A stretch of DNA of 64,000 nucleotides from Thermoanaerobaculia bacterium (GCA_041574955.1 JBFGNS010000002.1:6316-70315), one strand, 5' to 3'. Numbered from the stretch's first letter, positions 1 through 11,598 are shown. Program-made: numbers and translations. Notes: a model not told the origin generated them from the letters alone.

Positions 1-267
1 CTGCACCAGCGGCCGCAGGATGCTGCCGCGCCACAGCTGCGACAGGTCGAGCGCCAGCACCGGCAGGTAGACGAGCCCCAGCACGTTCATCGCCCAGTGC
101 GGCAGCCAGCGCTGCTCGCCGCGGCCGGCGCGCCACAGATAGAGCGCCGTCGCCAGCCAGAACAGGCCGACCTGGGGCCAGCCCGTGACCTGGTTGAACG
201 GCAGCGGCAGCGGCGTCAGCACCGCCAGCCAGCCGAGCAGCAGCCGTTTCTCGCGCCCGAAGCTCAT
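1..267 (-). CDS. Transglutaminase-like (TgpA/DUF3488-type) membrane protein, 5' part; runs off the window edge
   Basis: Manual translation from ATG at 267 (ATGA overlap with the DUF58 stop) gives MSFGREKRLLLGWLAVLTPLPLPF..., hydrophobic and open to position 1. Its place after MoxR-DUF58 matches the known triad; the catalytic domain is not in the window. Confidence 0.6.
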   Translation of the reverse strand, partial: MSFGREKRLLLGWLAVLTPLPLPFNQVTGWPQVGLFWLATALYLWRAGRGEQRWLPHWAMNVLGLVYLPVLALDLSQLWRGSILRPLVQ

Positions 268-1268
268 ACCGCCATCCGCTCGGGAGCCAGGGCGAAGCGC
301 AGGCTGGAGGCGGTGGGATCGGCCGGCGCCGGCGGCCGGCCGGTGGCCGCCACCGGCTCGACCAGCGCCAGCGCCTCGAGGATGCGCAGCCGCTGCGAGC
401 GACCCCGCCCGAACGCCACCCCGCCGCCGCGCAGCACCAGCTCCACCTCCCAGCCGCCCGCCAGGTGGTGGTGCGCGGCGCTGGCGGCGCGGCTCACGAT
501 GCGCTCGAACAGCCGCCGCTCGGCCTCGTCGGCCAACGGCGCGACGCCGTTGTCGAGCACCACCGACAGCCGCTTGGACTCCTCCTCCTCGCGCTCCATG
601 TAGACCAGCGAGCCGGTGCGCGCGCTCTGCTTCCAGTGGATGCCGCGCGGATCGTCACCGGGGCGGAAGGCGCGCAGCGCGAACAACTCGTGGCCGCGAC
701 CGACTCGCCGCGACCAGCGGTCGTCGCCCTCCGCCGCGCCGCCGGGGCGCGCCTCGGAGACCGGCAGGATCTCCGGGAAGATCAGCAGCTCCTCGTCGAG
801 CCGGTAGCGCAGCCCCTTGCGGAACAGCCCGAGCGGGTAGATCGAAGCCAGGTGGAGCGCGCCCACCCGCAGCCTGCCGCGGCGCTGGGGCGCGAGCTCC
901 ACCGCCACCCGGCGTTCGCTGCCGGCCGGCAGGTAGGGCACCAGCGCCGTGCTCGAGCCGGCCGGACCGGTCACCTCGAGCAGCCGCCGGGCCAGCCAGC
1001 GGCCGCGGTTGCGTAGCTGGAAGACGAGCGTCGCGGGCTGGCCGGCGTATAGCTCGCCCGGGCGCTCGAGCGCCACCGCCAGCCCGCGCAGGTTGGTGCG
1101 CGACACGATCCCCGAGACCGCCAGCACCGCCAGCAGCACCGCCACCACCAGATAGAGCGAGTTGTTGCCGGTGTTGGCGGCGGGCAGCGCGATCAGCAGG
1201 GTCAGCAGGACGTACCAGACGCCGACCTTGGTGATCCGGATTCCCTCTGGAACGGTCTGGCGGCGCAC
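264..1268 (-). CDS. DUF58 domain protein
   Basis: N-terminal TM pair, NTGNNSLYL, and motifs YPLGLF and LRAFRPGDDPRGIHWKQSAR typical of DUF58; directly downstream of MoxR. Confidence 0.9.
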   Translation of the reverse strand: MRRQTVPEGIRITKVGVWYVLLTLLIALPAANTGNNSLYLVVAVLLAVLAVSGIVSRTNLRGLAVALERPGELYAGQPATLVFQLRNRGRWLARRLLEVTGPAGSSTALVPYLPAGSERRVAVELAPQRRGRLRVGALHLASIYPLGLFRKGLRYRLDEELLIFPEILPVSEARPGGAAEGDDRWSRRVGRGHELFALRAFRPGDDPRGIHWKQSARTGSLVYMEREEEESKRLSVVLDNGVAPLADEAERRLFERIVSRAASAAHHHLAGGWEVELVLRGGGVAFGRGRSQRLRILEALALVEPVAATGRPPAPADPTASSLRFALAPERMAV

Positions 1269-1299
1269 GGTGGGCGGCCGGGTCGTCGCGGCTGGACGG

Positions 1300-2259
1300 C
1301 TAGACCGGCACCGGTGTGGCGGCGAGGATCCGCTCGATGGCGCCGTGCGCCGCCTCCAGGCCGCCGCCGCCGCCCTTGAGCGCCACCCGGTGGGCCAGCA
1401 CCGACGGCGCCACCCGCTGGACGTCGTCCGGGATGGCGAAACCGCGGCCGTCGCACAGCGCCATCGCCTGGGTGGCGCGGTAGAGGTTCTGGGCGCCGCG
1501 CGTCGACACCCCGAGCAGGAACTCGGGCGACTGACGGGTGCTCTCGGCCAGCGACAGGATGTAGGCGACGAGCTTCTCGGCCACCTCCACCGCGGCCGCC
1601 CGGCGGCGCAGAGCCATCAGCTCTTCGCGGCCGAGCGCCGGCCGCATGTCGGCCAGCGCGCCACGCACGCCGCCGCCCTTGAGCAGGGCCAGCTCCTCCT
1701 CGCGCGGCGGATAGCCGAGCCGGAGCGACATCATGAAGCGGTCGAGTTGCGACTCCGGCAGCGGGAAGGTGCCGACGTACTCGAGCGGGTTCTGGGTCGC
1801 CAGCACCAGGAACGGGTCGGGCAGGATGTGGCGCACCCGGTCGACCGACACCGTTCGCTCGCTCATCGCTTCGAGCAGCGCCGACTGGGTCTTCGGGCTG
1901 GCGCGGTTGATCTCGTCGGCCAGCACCACGTTGGCGAACACCGGCCCCGGCACGAACTCGAACCGCTGCGCCTCCTCGCGGTAGATCGACACCCCGATGA
2001 TGTCGGACGGCAGCAGGTCGCTGGTGAACTGGATGCGCTGGAACTCCAGCCCAAGGCTGCGCGCCAGCGTCTGGGCCAGAGTCGTCTTGCCGACGCCCGG
2101 CACGTCCTCGATCAGGATGTGGCCGCGCGCCAGCAGACAGACCACCGCCAGCCGGATTGCCTCCGGCTTGCCCTTCACCACGCTGCCGACCTGGCGCTCG
2201 AGACGGTCGACCAGCGCGGCGGCATCGGCCGCCGGCACGGCAGTCTGGCTGGTCACCAC
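1300..2259 (-). CDS. MoxR family AAA+ ATPase
   Basis: GHILIEDVPGVGKT Walker A, RIQFTSDLLPSD, LADEINRASPKTQSALLEAM, ATQNPLE, FPLPESQLDRF. Confidence 0.95.
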   Translation of the reverse strand: MVTSQTAVPAADAAALVDRLERQVGSVVKGKPEAIRLAVVCLLARGHILIEDVPGVGKTTLAQTLARSLGLEFQRIQFTSDLLPSDIIGVSIYREEAQRFEFVPGPVFANVVLADEINRASPKTQSALLEAMSERTVSVDRVRHILPDPFLVLATQNPLEYVGTFPLPESQLDRFMMSLRLGYPPREEELALLKGGGVRGALADMRPALGREELMALRRRAAAVEVAEKLVAYILSLAESTRQSPEFLLGVSTRGAQNLYRATQAMALCDGRGFAIPDDVQRVAPSVLAHRVALKGGGGGLEAAHGAIERILAATPVPV

Positions 2260-2271
2260 GGCGGGCGGTCT

Positions 2272-2832
2272 CTAGCCGCCGGCCGGGAACTCGCGATACT
2301 CGCCGCGCTGCTCAGGCGGTATCGGATGACGCACCTCGACGGAGAACCCATCGCCCTCTTCGTACAGTACGTCCTCGAGCACGTGAGTGTACTGGGTGAC
2401 GTTGGCCTTGGCGACCTGGGCGGTGTCGAACCACACCCGCCAGGAGCCCTTCTCGGCCTTGGCGGCGTCGACCATGCTGATGTCGACCGTGATGCCGGGC
2501 AGGTGCTCCGGGCTGTCGTGCTGGATGAGGATGTCGAGCATGATGTCGACCGGCTGCGGGCCCGCGTCCAACTCGACCTCCGCGGCCATCTCCTCGCCCT
2601 CCGGAGCGGCTTCGGCGGCCGCGGCGACCGCGGCCTCGCCGGCGGCTGCCTCCTCGACCTCCGGCATCGGCGCCGGCTCGGGCTGCTGAACGAGGAAGCC
2701 GTTCAGGCGGGCGGTGTAGTACGAGCGCAGCTGGGCCACCTTCTTCTGCGGGTCGCTGGGACCGCAGGCCGCGGCCAGCATCAGGGCGGCGCACGACAGC
2801 ATCAGGAACGGGAGTCTCGGAAATCGGGTCAC
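2272..2832 (-). CDS. Hypothetical lipoprotein
   Basis: Lipobox-like LAAAC after a hydrophobic signal, acidic Ala/Glu linker, then a beta-rich domain; no family recognised. Confidence 0.7.
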   Translation of the reverse strand: MTRFPRLPFLMLSCAALMLAAACGPSDPQKKVAQLRSYYTARLNGFLVQQPEPAPMPEVEEAAAGEAAVAAAAEAAPEGEEMAAEVELDAGPQPVDIMLDILIQHDSPEHLPGITVDISMVDAAKAEKGSWRVWFDTAQVAKANVTQYTHVLEDVLYEEGDGFSVEVRHPIPPEQRGEYREFPAGG

Positions 2833-2910
2833 GCTGGGCCTCCGGGAAGTCAGAAGAGAGATTCGCAGGACGGCCGGATTATACGGCAGCCGCAGGCGCC
2901 GCCACCCGCC

Positions 2911-3858
2911 TCAGGCCGCGGTACGGCGGCGCCAGGTGCCGGTCAGCCCGCCCGCCAGCACCAGCTCGGGCTCGAGCTCGACGCCGAACCTGTCGCGCAC
3001 CGCGCGGTGCGCGGCCAGCATCAGCTCGAGCACGTCGCTCGCCCGCGCGCCGCCCTCGTTGACGATGACGTTGCCGTGGCGACGGCTGATGCGCGCGCCG
3101 CCGGCGGCGCGGCCCTTCAGCCCGCACAGCTCGATCAGGCGTCCGGCGTAATCGCCCTCGGGGTTGCGGAACACCGAGCCGGCGTGGCGGCCGCCAGGCA
3201 GGCTGCGCCAGCGCCGGCGGTTGAGCTCCTCGATGCGCGCCGTGGCGGCGGCGGCATCGCCCGGGGCGAGGGCGAAACGCGCGCGGCTGATGACCGCGCC
3301 GCTGCCCTGCAGCGCCGTCCGCCGGTACGACGCCCCGAGATCGGTCACCCCCAGCCGCCGGCGCACGCCGCCGCGCTCGACGACGGTCGTCCAGCGCAGC
3401 ACGTCCTTGATCTCGGTGCCGTAGCACCCGGCGTTCATGATCACCGCACCGCCCACCGTCGACGGGAAGCCGGACAGCGCTTCCATGCCGGTCAACCCCA
3501 GCTCGGCGGTGCGCCGCGCCAGCTGGGCGAGCGCCACCGCGCCGCCCGCTTCGACCTCGTGGCCGTCGATGCGCAGCCGCCGGAAGCCGCCGGTCAGGCG
3601 GATGACGACGCCCGCCAGCCCGTCGTCGGGCACCAGCAGATTGGAGCCCAGACCGAGCACCACCCGCCGCACGCCGGCCTCGTCGACCGCCTTCACCAGC
3701 TCGACCAGGGCGCGCTCGGAGCGCGCCTCCACCAGCAGCTCGGCCGGGCCGCCGATGCGGAAGGTGGTGAAGCGGGCGAGCGGCTCCCCGGGACGCAGCT
3801 CGAGCCCGGCGGTGGCGCGCAGGCGGCCAAGGAGCTCGGCGTCGACCGATCGGGTCAT
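2911..3858 (-). CDS. murB: UDP-N-acetylenolpyruvoylglucosamine reductase
   Basis: FTTFRIGGPA, LGLGSNLLVPD, GFPSTVGGAVIMNAGCYG, AGSVFRNP, HGNVIVNEGG, LEPE; start placed at the ATG of MTRSVDAELL. Confidence 0.93.
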   Translation of the reverse strand: MTRSVDAELLGRLRATAGLELRPGEPLARFTTFRIGGPAELLVEARSERALVELVKAVDEAGVRRVVLGLGSNLLVPDDGLAGVVIRLTGGFRRLRIDGHEVEAGGAVALAQLARRTAELGLTGMEALSGFPSTVGGAVIMNAGCYGTEIKDVLRWTTVVERGGVRRRLGVTDLGASYRRTALQGSGAVISRARFALAPGDAAAATARIEELNRRRWRSLPGGRHAGSVFRNPEGDYAGRLIELCGLKGRAAGGARISRRHGNVIVNEGGARASDVLELMLAAHRAVRDRFGVELEPELVLAGGLTGTWRRRTAA

Positions 3859-4093
3859 GGCGGTGAGAGTGGCTGGCGCGCTGCGGCAGGCAAGATCCGG
3901 CGCGTCGAATCCGTCTGATCCGTATGTCCGGCGGGACGGCGTCCGGCCGCCTGGAAGCCACCGGCGGCCGGTCGCGCGTGCCTGCCGGCGGCAAACCACC
4001 CCTCGGCAGCAGGCCGGAAGCAGCCGGCTGCCGGTTGCACTAGTATAGCGGTGCCCGCGGCGGCCGCCGCCAGTCCCAGGAGGAGCCAGTCCC

Positions 4094-5131
<1,038 letters not shown>

Positions 5132-5206
5132 GACCGCCGCTTCCCCGCCATGCTCCCCGAGCGGCAGTCGCCGGCCTCCGCCCGCACCGGCCTGGACTAG
5201 CTCGCC

Positions 5207-7129
5207 GTGTCGCCGCTTCAGCGCGCTGCCCGGCTGCTGGTGGCCCTCGCGGCCGCCGCGGCGCCGGCGGCGGCGGTGGAGCTGGCGTTCGAGGTCGACG
5301 GCGCGGCGCTGGCGCACCGGCCGCTGCACCTGACCGTCGAGGTGGGCGGCGTGCCGGCGGGCGAGGAGCTGCCGGTGGCGGTGACCGCCGACGGCCGGGA
5401 GCTCGCCCAGCTGAGCCTCGCCGCCGGCAGCCACACGGTGAAGCTCGACGAAGCCGGCCTGACGGCCGGCACCGCCGAGCTGGCGGTGGCCGGCGGCGGG
5501 GCGCGCACGACTCGCCCGGTGCGGGTGCTGCCCGGCTGGCTGTCGATCGTGCCGCCGCTCATCGCCATCGGCCTGGCGCTGGTGTTCAAGGACGTCCTGA
5601 TCTCGCTGTTCCTGGGCATCTTCGCCGGCGCCCTGATCCTCTACGGCTGGAACCCGTTCACCGCCTTCGCGCGCTCGATCGACAGCTTCATCGCGCCGTC
5701 GCTGGCCGACGGCGGCAACGCCAGCATCGTCATCTTCACCACCCTGCTCGGCGGCATGGTGGGGGTGATCGGCAAGTCGGGCGGCACGCAGGGCATCGTC
5801 GAGCGCCTCAAGCCCTACGCCACCACGTCGCGCCGCGGCCAGCTCGCCACCTGGGCGATGGGTGTGCTGGTGTTCTTCGACGACTACGCCAACACCCTGA
5901 TCGTCGGGTCGACGATGCGGCCGATCACCGACAAGCTCAAGATCTCGCGCGAGAAGCTGGCCTACATCGTCGACTCCACCGCCGCGCCGGTGGCCAGCGT
6001 GATCCCGATCTCCACCTGGATCGGCTACGAGATCGGCCTGATCGGCGCCGCCTTCGCCACCATCGGGCTCGACTGGAGCCCGTACGCGGCGTTCGTGGCT
6101 TCGATCCCGTACCGCTTCTACCCGCTGCTGGCGCTGGTGCTGGGCTTCACCATCGCCGCCAGCCGGCGCGACCTGGGACCGATGCTGCGCGCCGAACGGC
6201 GCGCCGCCCGCACCGGGCAGCTGGTGGCGGAGGGCGACCGGCCGCTGTTCGACGCCTCCGGCGACCGGATGACGCCGCCCGAAGGCACGCCGCTGCGCGC
6301 CGTCAACGCCCTGCTGCCGATCCTGACGGTCATCGGCGTCACCCTGCTCGGCCTCTACCGGACCGGCTCCGCCGCCCTCGACCGCGCCGCCTACGGCTCG
6401 ACGCTCGACTGGCTGCGCGATGTGTTCGCCGCCGCCGACAGCTACAAGGCGCTGCTGTGGGCGGCCCTGGCCGGGCTGACCGTGGCGCTGGCGCTGGCGC
6501 TGGCGCAGAAGCTGCTGGCGGTGCGCGAGGCGATGGAGGCGACGGTCAACGGCTTCCAGGCGATGCTGCTGGCGCTCACCGTGCTGGTGCTGGCCTGGTC
6601 GATCGGTGCGGTGTGCGACCAGCTCCATACCGCCGACTACGTGGTCGGCGCGGTCACCGGGGTGCTGTCGCCCCACTGGCTGCCGGTGCTGGTGTTCCTG
6701 CTGGCCGCCGTCATCTCGTTCGCCACCGGTACCGCCTGGGGAACCATGGCGATCCTGATGCCGCTGGTCATCCCGATCGCCCACCACCTGTCGCTCGGCG
6801 CCGGCACGGTGGTCGGCGATCCCGGCTACGGCACCCTGATGCTGGGCACCGTTTCGTCGGTCCTGGCGGGCAGCATCTGGGGCGACCACTGCTCGCCGAT
6901 CTCGGATACCACCATTCTGTCCAGCATGGCCTCGGGCTGCGACCACATCGCGCACGTCCGCACCCAGATGCCGTACGCCCTCGGCATCGGGGTCGTCGGC
7001 ATGCTGCTCGGCGACATCCCCACCGCCTACGGCCTGAGCCCCTGGATCTCGCTGGCGGTGGGCACGTTGCTGGTCGTCGGCTTCGTTCTGTGGCGCGGCC
7101 GCCGCGTCGACGAAGCCGAACCCGAGTGA
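5207..7129 (+). CDS. Na+/H+ antiporter NhaC family protein with N-terminal extracytoplasmic domain
   Basis: [65 protein letters not shown]. Confidence 0.9.
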   Translation: MSPLQRAARLLVALAAAAAPAAAVELAFEVDGAALAHRPLHLTVEVGGVPAGEELPVAVTADGRELAQLSLAAGSHTVKLDEAGLTAGTAELAVAGGGARTTRPVRVLPGWLSIVPPLIAIGLALVFKDVLISLFLGIFAGALILYGWNPFTAFARSIDSFIAPSLADGGNASIVIFTTLLGGMVGVIGKSGGTQGIVERLKPYATTSRRGQLATWAMGVLVFFDDYANTLIVGSTMRPITDKLKISREKLAYIVDSTAAPVASVIPISTWIGYEIGLIGAAFATIGLDWSPYAAFVASIPYRFYPLLALVLGFTIAASRRDLGPMLRAERRAARTGQLVAEGDRPLFDASGDRMTPPEGTPLRAVNALLPILTVIGVTLLGLYRTGSAALDRAAYGSTLDWLRDVFAAADSYKALLWAALAGLTVALALALAQKLLAVREAMEATVNGFQAMLLALTVLVLAWSIGAVCDQLHTADYVVGAVTGVLSPHWLPVLVFLLAAVISFATGTAWGTMAILMPLVIPIAHHLSLGAGTVVGDPGYGTLMLGTVSSVLAGSIWGDHCSPISDTTILSSMASGCDHIAHVRTQMPYALGIGVVGMLLGDIPTAYGLSPWISLAVGTLLVVGFVLWRGRRVDEAEPE

Positions 7130-7139
7130 GGGGCTCGAC

Positions 7140-7436
7140 GTGCCCGACGGCCCAGACCAGGCTCCCGACGCGGTCGAGCTGGAGGTCTCCGACGTGCTGG
7201 ATCTGCACAGCTTCTTGCCGCGCGAGGTTCCCGACCTGGTACGCGACTATCTCGATCTGGCCTGGCAGGCGGGCCTGGGCGAGCTGAGGATCATCCACGG
7301 CAAGGGCACCGGCGCCCAGCGACGCACGGTCCGGACGCTCTGCCGGCGCGACCCGCGGGTCGCCCGGGTCGAGGACGCGCCGCTCGAGGCCGGCAGCTGG
7401 GGCGCCACCTGCGTCGTCTTCCGGGAACGCCCCTGA
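7140..7436 (+). CDS. Stand-alone Smr/MutS2 C-terminal domain protein
   Basis: [25 protein letters not shown] motifs in 98 aa. Confidence 0.9.
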   Translation: MPDGPDQAPDAVELEVSDVLDLHSFLPREVPDLVRDYLDLAWQAGLGELRIIHGKGTGAQRRTVRTLCRRDPRVARVEDAPLEAGSWGATCVVFRERP

Positions 7437-7437
7437 C

Positions 7438-9264
7438 GTGGCGGCGGTGCGCGCGGCCCGGCGGCTGTGGAGCCGGCTGCGCGGCCGGCTCGGGCGGCGG
7501 CACCTCGACTGCTTCTACTCGCCCTCCTACCGCGTCGACCTCGGCGGCGTGCCGTTCGATCCGCAGCGCGGTGAGCGCATCCTGGGCTTCCTGCTGGCCG
7601 GCGGCCTGATCGGCCCGGCCGAGGTGCTGGCACCGCCGCCGGCCTCGCTGCGCGACCTGCTGCTGGTCCACACCGCCGACTACCTCGATTCGCTCCACTC
7701 CGCCGAGGGGTTCGTCGGGATCGTCGGCTACCCGGTGCCCGACGAGCTGCGCGAGCGCGCCCTCGACGCCCAGCGCCACCAGGTGGGCGGCACGGTAGCG
7801 GCGGCGCTGGCGGCACGCGACAGCGGCCGGCCGGCGGTCAATCTGGGCGGCGGACTGCACCACGCCGGGCCGGCCGCGGGCGCCGGCTTCTGCCTGTTCA
7901 ACGACATCGCCGTCGCCGTCGCCCGGCTGCGTGAGAGCGGCTTCGACGGCCGGGTGCTGGTGGTCGACCTCGACCTGCACGACGGCAACGGTACCCGCGC
8001 CTGCTTCGCGCACGACCCGACCGTCTTCAGCTTCTCGATCCACAACAGGGACTGGGACCTGGAGCCGGCGGTGGCGTCACGCTCGCTGACGCTCGACGGC
8101 GAGGTGGACGACCGCCGGCTGCTGGCCGCGCTCGCCAGCGAGCTGCCGCCGGTGGTGGCCGCCTTCCGCCCCGAGCTGGTGTTCTACCTGGCGGGCGCCG
8201 ACGTGGCGGCTGACGACGCGCTGGGCGACTGGTCGCTGACCGCGGCCGGCATGCTGGAGCGCGACCGGCTGGTGTTGGAGCGGTTCGGCGGGCGCCGCCC
8301 GCGGCTGCCGCTCGTCGTCACGCTGGCCGGCGGCTACGGCAGCGACAGCTGGCGCTACCCCGCCCGCCTGCTGGCCTGGATGGCCACCGGTCGGCTGGTG
8401 GAGCCGCCGTCGACCGAAGAGGCGACGCTGCTCGGCTACCGCCGGCGGATCCTGCCGCTCGGCCCCGGCCGCCTCGACCGGCTCGAGGCCGACGCCGAAG
8501 GCCCGCCGGGCGCCGATTGGGGTCTCACCGAGGAGGACGTCTACGGCGACCTCGGCGCCTCCGCCCGGCCGGCGCGCTTCCTCGGCTTCTACAGCCGTCA
8601 CGCCCTCGAGCTGCTGCTCGAGACCTCGGGGCTGCTCGACCTGCTGCGCGCCCTCGGCTTCGCCCACCCCACTCTCGAGCTCGACCTCGGCAACCCGAGC
8701 GGCGACACCCTGCGGCTGTCGAGCGGCCCGCGCAGTGGCGAGCTGCTGATGGAGCTGCGGGTGCGGCGCGACCGCACGACGGTGCCGGGCCACGAGCTGC
8801 TGCGGCTCGAATGGCTGCTGCTGCAGAACCCGCGTCGCCGGTTCTCCGGCGACCGCAGCCCGCTGCCGGGGCAGACCTACCCCGGGCTAGGGCTGCTCAA
8901 CGACGTGATGGCCCTGCTGGTGCTGGTGTGCGAGCGGCTGGAGCTGGCCGGCATCCTGTTCGTGCCCTCGCACTTCCACCTCGGCTCCAAGGGGCGCCGC
9001 TTCCTGCGCTTCCTCGACCCCGAGGACGCCGGTTGGCTGCGGGCGGTCGAGCGCGCCGTGGCCGGCCTGCCGCTCCCCGAGGCGACGCGCGCCGTCGCCG
9101 GGGGCCGGCTGCGGGACGCCGTCACCGGCGCGCCGGTGCACTGGCGGCCGATGACCATGATCCTGCCGACCTCGGAGGAGCTGGCGCGCCAGGTGGACGG
9201 CGAGGCCTACCGCGCGGCGGTCGCGGCCGCCGCCGAGCGCCACCGCTTCGAGCTGGCGCGGTGA
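7438..9264 (+). CDS. Histone deacetylase family (Zn-dependent) protein fused to an uncharacterised C-terminal domain
   Basis: GGLHHA, GFCLFNDIAVA, DLDLHDGNGT, GADVAADD and LAGGYG are all intact; a long extra C-terminal region contains EWLLLQNP...LPGQTYPGLG. Confidence 0.88.
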   Translation: MAAVRAARRLWSRLRGRLGRRHLDCFYSPSYRVDLGGVPFDPQRGERILGFLLAGGLIGPAEVLAPPPASLRDLLLVHTADYLDSLHSAEGFVGIVGYPVPDELRERALDAQRHQVGGTVAAALAARDSGRPAVNLGGGLHHAGPAAGAGFCLFNDIAVAVARLRESGFDGRVLVVDLDLHDGNGTRACFAHDPTVFSFSIHNRDWDLEPAVASRSLTLDGEVDDRRLLAALASELPPVVAAFRPELVFYLAGADVAADDALGDWSLTAAGMLERDRLVLERFGGRRPRLPLVVTLAGGYGSDSWRYPARLLAWMATGRLVEPPSTEEATLLGYRRRILPLGPGRLDRLEADAEGPPGADWGLTEEDVYGDLGASARPARFLGFYSRHALELLLETSGLLDLLRALGFAHPTLELDLGNPSGDTLRLSSGPRSGELLMELRVRRDRTTVPGHELLRLEWLLLQNPRRRFSGDRSPLPGQTYPGLGLLNDVMALLVLVCERLELAGILFVPSHFHLGSKGRRFLRFLDPEDAGWLRAVERAVAGLPLPEATRAVAGGRLRDAVTGAPVHWRPMTMILPTSEELARQVDGEAYRAAVAAAAERHRFELAR

Positions 9265-9362
9265 CACCGGGCAGTGCCCGCCACGGCTGTCGCGCTGCCG
9301 ACAAGCTCGTGCCGGGATGGGCGTCGCTTGCGGCGGCCGGCTCGCTGGCCCACAATCGAGCC

Positions 9363-9734
9363 GTGAGCTGGCTCGCACTGGCCGGCGTGCTCGCCGTCAC
9401 CACCGCCGTTGCCCACTCGTGGCTCGGCGAGCGCTACATCCTGGTGCGGCTGTTCCGCCGCGGCGGCGTGCCGAAGCTGTTCGGCGGCGAGTGGTTCACC
9501 CGCCGCACCCTGCGCTTCGCCTGGCACCTGACTTCGGTCGCCTGGACCGGCTTCGCCGCCCTGCTGTTCGCGCTGGCGGCTGCCGAGCCGAGCGAGCTGC
9601 GCGTCCTGAGCCTGCGGGTGGTGGCGGCGACCTTCCTGCTGCACGCGGTGATCGCCGCCGCCGCCAGCCGCGGCAGGCACCTGGCGTGGCCGGTGTTCCT
9701 GGCCATCGCGGCGCTGGCGTGGCTCGCCGCCTGA
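9363..9734 (+). CDS. Small integral membrane protein
   Basis: GTG start at 9363 (VSWLALAGVLAV...), about four hydrophobic segments; this is the coding part of the 8517..9734 track ORF. Confidence 0.7.
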   Translation: MSWLALAGVLAVTTAVAHSWLGERYILVRLFRRGGVPKLFGGEWFTRRTLRFAWHLTSVAWTGFAALLFALAAAEPSELRVLSLRVVAATFLLHAVIAAAASRGRHLAWPVFLAIAALAWLAA

Positions 9735-9753
9735 GCCGGTCCGGCGAGCGCGG

Positions 9754-11598
9754 CTACCGCCGGCCGAGCAGCTCGAGCACGCCGAGCGTCAGGCCCGGCC
9801 AGTAGGTGATCAGCAGCACGCCGAACCCCAGGATGGCCAGCCACGGCAGCGCCGCGCGCCAGATCTCGAGCAGCGGCTTGTCGAAGCGGTAGGAGGCCAG
9901 GAACAGGTTGAGGCCGACCGGCGGCGTCAGGTAGCCGAGCTCCAGGTTGGCGACGAAGATGATGCCCAGGTGGACCGGGTCGACGCCAAAGGCGACGCCC
10001 AGCGGCACGATCAGCGGCACCACCACCACGATGGCGGAGAAGACGTCCATCAGGCAGCCGACCGCCAGCAGCAGCAGGTTGAGCCCCAGCAGGAACAGGA
10101 TCCGCGAGCCGATCGAGTCCTGCGCCCATTCCACCAGCCGGCTCGGGATCTGGGCGTCGACCAGGTAGTTGGTCAGTCCCATCGCGACGCCGAGGATCAG
10201 CAGCACGCCGCCGATCAGTACGCCGCACTCGCGCAGCACCCGCGGCAGATCGCGGGTGAGCGACAGGTCGCGATGGATGAACGCCTGCACGGCGAGGGCG
10301 TAGACCACCGCCACCGCCGACGCCTCGACCGGGGTGGCGATGCCGGTGAGGATGACGAACAGGATCACCGCCGGCAGCAGCAGCTCCCACTTGCCCAGCC
10401 ACAGCGCTGCGAGCGCCTCACGCCAGGCGAACGGCTGCCGCTCCACCTTGCCGCGCAGCCCCTCGCGCACGCCCCAGGCCGCCACCAGCACCACCAGCAG
10501 CAACCCCGGACCGATGCCGCCCAGAAACAGCTCCTCGATCGGCACCTGCGCCACGATGCCGTACAGGATGAGCGGCAGCGCCGGCGCGAACAGCAGCCCC
10601 AGCGAGCCCGAGGCGGTGAGCAGCCCGAGCGAGAACCGCTCGCTGTAGCGCTCCTGGCGCAGCGCCTGCAGCAGCAGCGCTCCCAGCGCCAGGATGGTGA
10701 CCCCGGAGCCGCCGGTGAAGGCGGTGAAGAAGGCGCACACCAGGGCGCAGACGACGGCGGTGCCGCCGGGCACCGAGCCGAACAGGCCGCGGAACACCCG
10801 CACCAGCCGCTCGGAGGCCTTGCCCTCGGCCAGCAGGAAGCCGGCGAGGGTGAACAGCGGGATCGCCGGCAGCATCTGGGAGGCCACCAGCCGGTAGGTC
10901 TCGGCCGGTACGGCGGCCGCCGGCACGCCCTCGGCCAGCAGCAGCAGCACCGCGGCGCCGCCGAGCGCGGCGAAGATCGGCGCGCCCAGCAGGGTCGCCG
11001 CCCCCACCAGCAGCAGCCACGGCAGCGCCGGCCCGAACGGCTCCGGCTCGAGCGCGAAGTCGCGGCTCAGACGGAAGACGTGCCAGCCCGCGGCCAGCCC
11101 GGCGGCCAGGCCTAGCGCCGCCACCGCCTTGCCCCACCGGCGGTCGCTGGCGCGGTCCACCAGCCGCCAGGCGATCAGCGCGAAGCCGATCGGCAGCGCC
11201 AGCTGGGCTACCCAGATCGGCAGCCCGGCCGCCACCACGGTGCCGGCCTCGCGCTCGCTCACCACCAGCTCCAGGCAGGCCCACAGCAGCAGGCCGGTGA
11301 CCGCCGCCGCCACCGCCGAGGAGAACAGCCGGGTGGCGTCGCGCCAACGGCCGGCGGGCACGAACTCGCCGGTCGCCAGCGCCAGCAGCTTGCCGTCGCG
11401 CGCCGCCAGCGCGGCGCCGAGAAAGGCCACCCAGAGCGTCAGGTGCTGGGTGAACGGACCGGCGCCGGGGATGCCCCGGCCGAACAGGCCGCGCGCGACG
11501 ATCTCGGCCAACGGCAGCAGCGCCATCGCCACCAGCGCCGCCGCCACCACGCTGGACTCGAGCCGGCGCAGCAGCGCGAACGGCCGTCGCAGGCTCAG
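9754..11598 (-). CDS. TRAP transporter fused small/large permease (DctQ-DctM)
   Basis: DctQ-like N-terminal half (QHLTLWVAFLGAALA), then DctM motifs AIPLFTLAG, GSGVTILALG, LELGYLTPPVGLNLF. The start is approximate (overlaps the DctP stop). Confidence 0.88.
   Translation of the reverse strand: MSLRRPFALLRRLESSVVAAALVAMALLPLAEIVARGLFGRGIPGAGPFTQHLTLWVAFLGAALAARDGKLLALATGEFVPAGRWRDATRLFSSAVAAAVTGLLLWACLELVVSEREAGTVVAAGLPIWVAQLALPIGFALIAWRLVDRASDRRWGKAVAALGLAAGLAAGWHVFRLSRDFALEPEPFGPALPWLLLVGAATLLGAPIFAALGGAAVLLLLAEGVPAAAVPAETYRLVASQMLPAIPLFTLAGFLLAEGKASERLVRVFRGLFGSVPGGTAVVCALVCAFFTAFTGGSGVTILALGALLLQALRQERYSERFSLGLLTASGSLGLLFAPALPLILYGIVAQVPIEELFLGGIGPGLLLVVLVAAWGVREGLRGKVERQPFAWREALAALWLGKWELLLPAVILFVILTGIATPVEASAVAVVYALAVQAFIHRDLSLTRDLPRVLRECGVLIGGVLLILGVAMGLTNYLVDAQIPSRLVEWAQDSIGSRILFLLGLNLLLLAVGCLMDVFSAIVVVVPLIVPLGVAFGVDPVHLGIIFVANLELGYLTPPVGLNLFLASYRFDKPLLEIWRAALPWLAILGFGVLLITYWPGLTLGVLELLGRR

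Noticed and set aside
1162-3918. 918-aa plus-strand ORF and similar long Arg/Ala/Gly-rich ORFs (4051..7287, 20040..22061, 42799..45297, 53808..56690)
   Set aside because: They overlap well-supported genes on the other strand or frame and have low-complexity shadow composition with no motifs.
3860-4093. LexA/SOS box or riboswitch upstream of recA
   Set aside because: No GTTC-N7-GTTC, CTGT-N8-ACAG or GAAC-N4-GTTC site was found. The GGCAAACC stretch lacks the rest of the c-di-GMP-I consensus.
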